Part shown: piece after piece, positions 56,279 through 64,000 of the stretch
Layout: the number at the start of each line of letters is the position of its first letter
Position numbering within the stretch: the first letter of the stretch is position 1
Source: Eledone cirrhosa
Taxonomy: Eukaryota
Assembly (NCBI GenBank): GCA_964016885.1
Contig: CAXHJY010000998.1
Span: 1-64,000 of the forward strand
DNA length: 64,000 bases
Direction: 5' to 3'
Position numbers and translations under genes: made by a program
The notes under the pieces: generated by a model
The model's input: the letters and a program-made list of their open reading frames with translations, nothing else
Databases searched by the model: none
What the model was told of the DNA's origin: nothing

Positions 56279-56595
56279 ACACACACACACACACACACAC
56301 ACCACACACATATATATATATAAATATATATATTCTTATTAATTCTTTTTTAGAGTAATACTCAACATTTGATAAGATGAATTTTACTAATCCATCGAAA
56401 CCCGTTATACTTTATATACTTTATATACTTTATATACTTTATATACTTTATATAACTCTTTTTTTAAAAGAATTGTCCCTATCATTTTTTCAATAATGTC
56501 ACTTTGACGAATCAAAGAAAGGAAAAAAAAAGAAAAAAAAGACTCTTAAATATAATTTATTTTCCGGGCTACTTTCAATCTCACCTTCTCTCTGC

Positions 56596-56643
<48 letters not shown>

Positions 56644-56783
56644 ATATATATATATATATATAAAATCAAAAGATGGTTAAAAGAGTTCCATGTATTTTAT
56701 TATGCGCATTTCAAAAACAAATATCATCAGTGTTAAATCAACAAATGTTGATTTGATACACTGCTCGCAAGTGTTTTTTAACC

Positions 56784-56853
<70 letters not shown>

Positions 56854-58025
56854 AACACACGCGCGCACGCACACACACACACACATACATACACACACGA
56901 ATGAGAACACTAAATACGCGATGCTTATCTCTCTTCTTATATATAATACATATTCCAATTCTGAGCTGTACTTTTCAAAATTACCAAACTAACTACACAC
57001 GTTCCTCGTGATGAAAAAATAATTCTCCCATTTTCTTACTTTTCTTCATCTCATCAATCTTTGTATTTCGTCTTCTATCTCTAGCATCCAAATCTTCTTC
57101 ACGTCACATCTTAGTTTCGTAGAACAAATAATAATAAAAACAATATTAAAAATAGGACAAAAGCTACTAAAATATCTCTTTAGTAATATATTCCAAGATA
57201 TATTCTTCAGAAAATCTACTAGAGCATGTTCACGCCTGGAATATCTTTGATCGAAACTTTTCTCTACCAGCATTAGCAGAAGTTCCTTTGAACATTATCA
57301 GTGTTTCTACTTGAACGGTGATAATGTTCAATGAGGCTGCAGCAAACCTCATCAAAAACGGAAGTCTATTATTTGCACACATTTTAAGGATTATATATAT
57401 CCTTTTATTGTGTATGCTACTTATGGATTTATAATCTCCTTCAACATTAATCCGCAATTCTTTTCTCATCTACATAGAGACAAACTGAGAAAGAAAGAGA
57501 TAGAGATAAAGACAGAATGAGAGAGCGAGAGAGGGTATGTGTGTGTGTGTGTCTGTGTTTATAAGAGAGAAAGAGAGAGAGAGGTAAAGACAAAATGATA
57601 GAGAGAAGGAATGAGTGAGAGAGCGAGAGAGACAGAGTCTGTGTGTGTTTGTGTTTATGAGAGAGAAAGAGAGAAAGCTGGTGGGAGAGAAGCACAGGCA
57701 TACTGACACACACTTATACAGGCATACTATGAGATACTAGCATACAGTAATGCATACAAAAGCCAACAATCGGATCATCGACGAAAATGATGGGGAACCT
57801 ATGTGACACCTACGAACAGAGCCTAGTTACAATTTGCTTATAAACCAAAATTAAAAGATCAAGGCTTTTAATCAGTGACAATTGTTTCTTCCCATTGTAA
57901 TATGTCAGGGATAGAAAATTATTTTAGTTAACAATTTGCTATCAGTTAGAATAGAATATAGATGTCATCAGAGTTTGATTAAAATTCAATATCAATTCAA
58001 TTCACACATACACACATATATATAC

Positions 58026-58078
<53 letters not shown>

Positions 58079-58351
58079 TATTAAAGGGGTGATATGTACC
58101 ATGAGAAAGAAGAAGATAGGCAAAAAGTGTGATACAGTATGTTAGATGGCGATAGATCAATGCTTACGGTTCCGAACCTTACTGCTGCATTAGTGCGGCA
58201 GAAACTCGAGTCAGGGAACCTTATAGGCACCCGTTTTACGTGTGTTGTGTTGAAGCAAATAACTTTGTGTATACTCTGGGGATGTATCTTATATTGCCCA
58301 TGGAGTGCGCTGAGATACAACCGGTATAAATATGCTGGGTCCGTCAACCTT

Positions 58352-58402
<51 letters not shown>

Positions 58403-58406
<4 letters not shown>

Positions 58407-58594
58407 AACGAGTAGGACCCCGGCGGCTGAGCTCAAGCCGTTTCGACGGCTAATTCTGGACTAGAATTAGCCGTCGAAACGGCTTGAGCTCAGCCGTCGA
58501 GGTCCTACTCGTTCCTATTACCCACTCTACTACCCTAAGTATTGGGTACTTTGGTGCGTTATGGTCCACCTGGTTCCTTACCACATTTCCTTCG

Positions 58595-58667
<73 letters not shown>

Positions 58668-58859
58668 AAAATAGTCAGAACCCCGACGGCAGAACTCAAG
58701 CCGTTTCCACAGCTATTTCTGGACTAGAAATCGCTGTCGGAACGGCTTGAGCTCTGCCGTCGGGGTTCTGACTCTGTTCCTATTACCCACTCTACTACCT
58801 AAAGTATTCAGTACTCTGGTGCGTTATGGTCCACCTGGTTCCTTACCGCACTTCCTTCG

Positions 58860-58862
<3 letters not shown>
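58403..58862 (+). mobile_element. Two consecutive family B elements (58403-58597, 58664-58862)
   Basis: Both fold back at CTGGACTAGAA; separated and flanked by (TA)n. Confidence 0.75.
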
Positions 58863-58932
<70 letters not shown>

Positions 58933-58947
58933 GTTAGTCCTTCATCA

Positions 58948-59028
<81 letters not shown>

Positions 59029-59479
59029 TCATTTAGATCTATAATGAATATAGAAGCATATATAAGTGAATTCAAATATGATCATACTTCAAGTTTCCAG
59101 TTTTTTGCGCTGTTTTAAAAGCGAATAGTTACTGAACAGTTGTAGTTACGATGGAAGGAATTTTCAAATTTAAACATACACACTTTCCCTTTTTTCCCCT
59201 GCCATCTGTTGGCACTTGGCGAAAGTAAGTTTAATTTGTATATGCTTATATACAATATAAAAGACATCAGTGGCCTGCCACTTGTTACATATACAATTTG
59301 ATAGGAGTATACACTCTAACCTCCCCAACATTACATTTGCTTTAGGGTATCATCTTTCCATCACAACCACCTGCATCTTCAGATGCAGATTATATATAAA
59401 TATATATATACATATATCTACCTTGACTGCGCGTCTGATGTACGTACGTATATATACATATATGTGTGTGTATATACAT

Positions 59480-59527
<48 letters not shown>

Positions 59528-59531
<4 letters not shown>

Positions 59532-59719
59532 AACAAGTATGACCCCGACGGCAGCGCTCAAGTCGTTTCGACGGCTATTTCTGGACCGAAAAAGCCGTCA
59601 AAACGGCTTGAGCTCTGCCGTGAGGGTCATACTGTTTCCTATTACCCTCCCTACTACCCTAATTATTGAGTACTCTGGTGCGTTATGGTCCATCTAGTTC
59701 CTTACCACAATTCCTTCGT

Positions 59720-59721
<2 letters not shown>
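59528..59721 (+). mobile_element. Family B element with short inverted arm
   Basis: Same unit and TA flanks. Confidence 0.75.
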
Positions 59722-59758
<37 letters not shown>

Positions 59759-59763
59759 GTATA

Positions 59764-59846
<83 letters not shown>

Positions 59847-60416
59847 ATACATATTCACATATATACACTTTTGTTAAAGTATTTTTTAATTTCTTTATTT
59901 ATCCCGTTGTCTTCTCTACAATACACTACATGTCACATGTTTATCTAACTTTCGATAACATCTGTAAGGCTATTGTTTGTAAATGGCATTATTTTATTCA
60001 TTATTGTATTTGTAAATAACAAATTATACAAACAATTTATTTTGAATACAATTTTGTAGACGGCAACTCCGTATAAGTCCGACGTGTATTTACATACTAA
60101 ATATTCTCACGAAAACTGATACACTTAAAACAAACGAATGCAATAAGCTCTCTTACTCATCAGTCACCTCAGGCGTCAGAAATGTCGTGCATAAAGTTGC
60201 TATTACTTAATATTGAGTCTTAATATTGAGTCCAAGGTTCGTGTCAGTGAGATCAGTATTCCGATAAGGCTCAAATGAGTCAACGAAATGAAAACAACGG
60301 AGTTCTTACAACTAGTCAAACAGAGACTACGTACACACACACATACACACACATATATACACATACATAAATATATACATACATGTGCATATATATATAT
60401 GGATATAACATACGTA

Positions 60417-60480
<64 letters not shown>

Positions 60481-60535
60481 TGTTTTTGTTGTTGTAATAC
60501 TTGTAGTAGATTGTTAGTAATTAAGCGCAAAATGA

Positions 60536-60651
<116 letters not shown>

Positions 60652-60816
60652 CATATATATAAATGAAAAAAATTTCATTTCTCACTTAGTACGGCTGATA
60701 CTTAAATTAAGTATGTATACGTACATACATATATGTATACAGACGTACAATAGTATGTATATACATACATGCACACATATATATGTACGGTAAATGTTCG
60801 GTAAACCCATACGTAC

Positions 60817-60849
<33 letters not shown>

Positions 60850-60902
60850 CATGTATGTATATACATACTACTGTACGTCTGTATACATATATGTATGTAC
60901 GT

Positions 60903-60964
<62 letters not shown>

Positions 60965-61477
60965 TATAAATATATTATATATATATATATATCTGTGTGG
61001 GAGGGGTATATATATATATATATATATAAACAAATAAAAAAAATTAATACCGTAGAAGCAAACAAGCCAGCAATCGTTCCCGTGGTTATTAAGAATCGAT
61101 CGATTTGATGATTGATCATCGATGACTGGTTGCTATTATCGTTGATTTATTGTGACCATTGACATTAGCACGAAAGGAAAAATAAAACATATAAGAGGTT
61201 TGATGCAAAGATCATCCAATACAAACAAGAACATTCTTCCACGCCGTCCCCACACAGACAAAAGCAAAACAAACCTATTAACAAGCAAATACATAAGCGA
61301 CATAAAATATTTGTGTAACATTTCGACTGTGACCTCTTGACCCAGAGGTTACTAATTATATTGACCTTCACCGCGGCTCAACTTTTTGAATATCAAATAA
61401 TATTTAGTGTAAACAAATGGTTCTTAGATTGTTTTTTTCACATCGTTTAACTATAATATATATTATTATTTTTAGAG

Positions 61478-62222
61478 CTCACATCCCTCCGAGCTTAGCT
61501 TTGCCTTTCGTCGTGAAAGGGTCCATAAATTAAATGCCAGTAACGCACTTAGGTCGAGTTAAATTACCTTTCCCTACCCTTTAAAATTGCTGGCCTTGTG
61601 CCAAAAGTAGAACCAATTCTTATTAGAGTTAATATCCTGCCTGAGTTAGCTTTGCTTTTTTTATCCTTACGAAGACGATAAAATAAAGTAGCAGTATGGG
61701 GATCGATTTAATCGACTTTCCATTTACTCCAAATTGCTGACCTTGTGCCTAAATCAGAAACCATTATTATTTATTATTATTAATCCCACCGAGGTTAACT
61801 TTGCCTTTCATCATTACGGGGTCGATAAAATAAAGTACCAGTAATGTACTGGGTAAGTTGCTGGCCTTGTGCCAAAAGTAGAAACAATTATTATTAAATC
61901 CCGTCGAGGTTAACTTTGCCTTTCATCCTTACGGGGTCGATAAAATAAATTACCAGTAATGCACTGGGATAATTGCTGGCCTTGTGCCAAAAGTAGAAAC
62001 AATTATTATTATAAGGGTGGGTAGATTGGCAGTATCGGTAGAGCGTCGGACAACAAGCTTTGCGGTATATAGTTACGTCTATTTACGTTCTGAGTTGAAA
62101 TACCTCCGAAGTAAGCTTTGCCTTTCATCCTTACGGGATCGATAAAATAAAGTACCAGTAATACACTGAGATAATTGCTAGCCTTGTGCCAAAAGTAGAA
62201 ACATTATTATTATTATTATTTA
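61478..62222 (+). mobile_element. Head-to-tail array of five SINE A copies or 3' halves
   Basis: Repeated TTTGCCTTTCATCC..GGCCTTGTGCCAAAAGTAGAAAC units, each starting in the previous (ATT)n tail. Confidence 0.8.
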
Positions 62223-62660
62223 ATTTTTCCACGCGCGAATTAACCCAGTAGAGCAACAGCACAGCTAATACATTGTAATATATCCTTGTAATATATTTAG
62301 AGACCGACCTCACATCGGGGTAAGGTCCTGAATAACAGGATTAGTCTAAATATACCATAAGCACACACACCCACGCGCACACACACACACACACTTACAT
62401 ACACACACATATGTATATATACATATATGTGTGTGTGGGAGTGTTTATCGTCTATTAGAAATATCTATAAATGAAATATGTGTGTGCAACAGACCGAATA
62501 TATAGGAAATTCCAATCAATTGCACACACACATGGTAGACATACTATCAGAGACATACTAACACAGACACACACATATACATGGTAGACATACAACACAC
62601 ACATATATATATATAAGTGTAAACATACTAATATATATATGTATATATAAATATACATAC

Positions 62661-62703
<43 letters not shown>

Positions 62704-62852
62704 TGTATATATATATATATATATATATATCCAGGCACACATATACAACCTTACTTACACACACTCATATATAATAACATATAGTAGATATAAAGTAGTA
62801 TATTGAAAAGCACACACACCCACACACATACATTATATATATGTGTGTTTGC

Positions 62853-62908
<56 letters not shown>

Positions 62909-62996
62909 TAGAAAGTGAGGGTTTTTTTTACAAAATGAAAAATAACCGGTGTCCTACAGATGTGAGAAAAACCACAGACCCTCCAGCTCAACTCTA

Positions 62997-63032
62997 CTAT
63001 TGAAAAGCAGAAGAACTGCAAAACCGGTAAAG
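62997..63032 (+). ncRNA. Minimal hammerhead, U3-A8 type (family G), G12 mutated
   Basis: TTGAAAA-GCAG aagaa CTGC-AAA-ACCGGT-A-AAG; its lesion differs from that of the 43.5-kb copy. Confidence 0.55.
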
Positions 63033-64000
63033 GAACCAAATAAATATATATATTTTAAAAAAAATAAGACTCCAGTTGCATTTTCGATTTCATCTTTTTT
63101 TCTTTATATATATATATATACAGCCGTCAAAATCATATAATGTCTTCTTCAATCAAAATATATTTGTTTCTACTGCTCCAAATAAAATTTAATGCAATGA
63201 AATATTTTGATAAAAAAATTGAAAAATGAAATATATTCCTTTCAGATGTGTAATATTATTATCAAATCAAATTTTTTTTTTCCTCTCGAAACCTATTTGT
63301 CGCTATTTCAAAGAAAATACACACAAAAAAAAACAATGAAAAATCCCTTTCAAACTAAAAATACTGTCTTTCTCTTAAACCATTAATATTTTCTTCTAAT
63401 CAAAGACTATTTTGGTTTCAATCAAATATTTTTCATTGAAACGAAAGTTCGCCTTTAATCGAATAAACTCCCTCATCAATCAATCATTTAAGCATTAATA
63501 TCTTCCAATGTCATCAATTAAAAAAAGTAATTATGGTTTCTAATTTAGGACCAAGGCCAGCAATCTTTAGGGAAGGAAAGTGGATTATATCGACTCCATT
63601 ACTTGATTGGGGTTTTTTTATCGATCCCGGAAAAGGGAAAAAATATATCCGTTGCTTTACCAATATTGCCAATCCAACGCCATATATTATACGAAATAGA
63701 AAATATTTTCCTTGAAATATAGATAATTTTCCTTTTAATTAAAATATATATAGTTTATCAGACCATTGTTTTTTTTTTTGTTTTTTATCTCGTAACATTT
63801 TATTTACAAATGTATCTATCTTTTTCTCATCGATACTCTAAACCTTGACACAATCCCACACAGATCCAATTAATATTAAAATACATTAGGTTAGAATAAT
63901 TTCATATATTTATTTTTTCTTGTTTCTGCTAATACAATATAATGAGAATATATATGTATATATATGTGTGTATATATATATATATGTAGAGAAAATATTT

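Noticed and set aside
57046-57469. Two short non-repetitive minus-strand ORFs
   Set aside because: No recognisable protein family; unsupported without a database search.

Overview
AT-rich eukaryotic DNA saturated with microsatellites ((TA)n, (CA)n, (GA)n, (TATG)n, triplet runs). SINE content and repeat texture resemble a coleoid cephalopod (octopus-like) genome; this is an inference. No host protein-coding gene can be supported. Almost all ORF-track entries are microsatellite translations, and the only recognisable peptides are transposon remnants (RTE, R4/Dong, maT-like Tc1/mariner). The window has about 20 copies of a tRNA-derived SINE, a CORE/V-like SINE pair, hAT MITEs, a Helitron and a TIR element with two convergent tRNA-like arms. 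The main signal is at least seven distinct families of short non-coding elements, mostly embedded in (TA)n tracts and often arranged as fold-back inverted repeats, that carry type I hammerhead ribozyme folds. Two families use the compensated U3-A8 core (UUGAnAA), which a CUGAnGA search misses. The best interpretation is non-autonomous Penelope-like (pLTR/retrozyme-like) elements targeting TA microsatellites. All folds were made by eye and none was computed.
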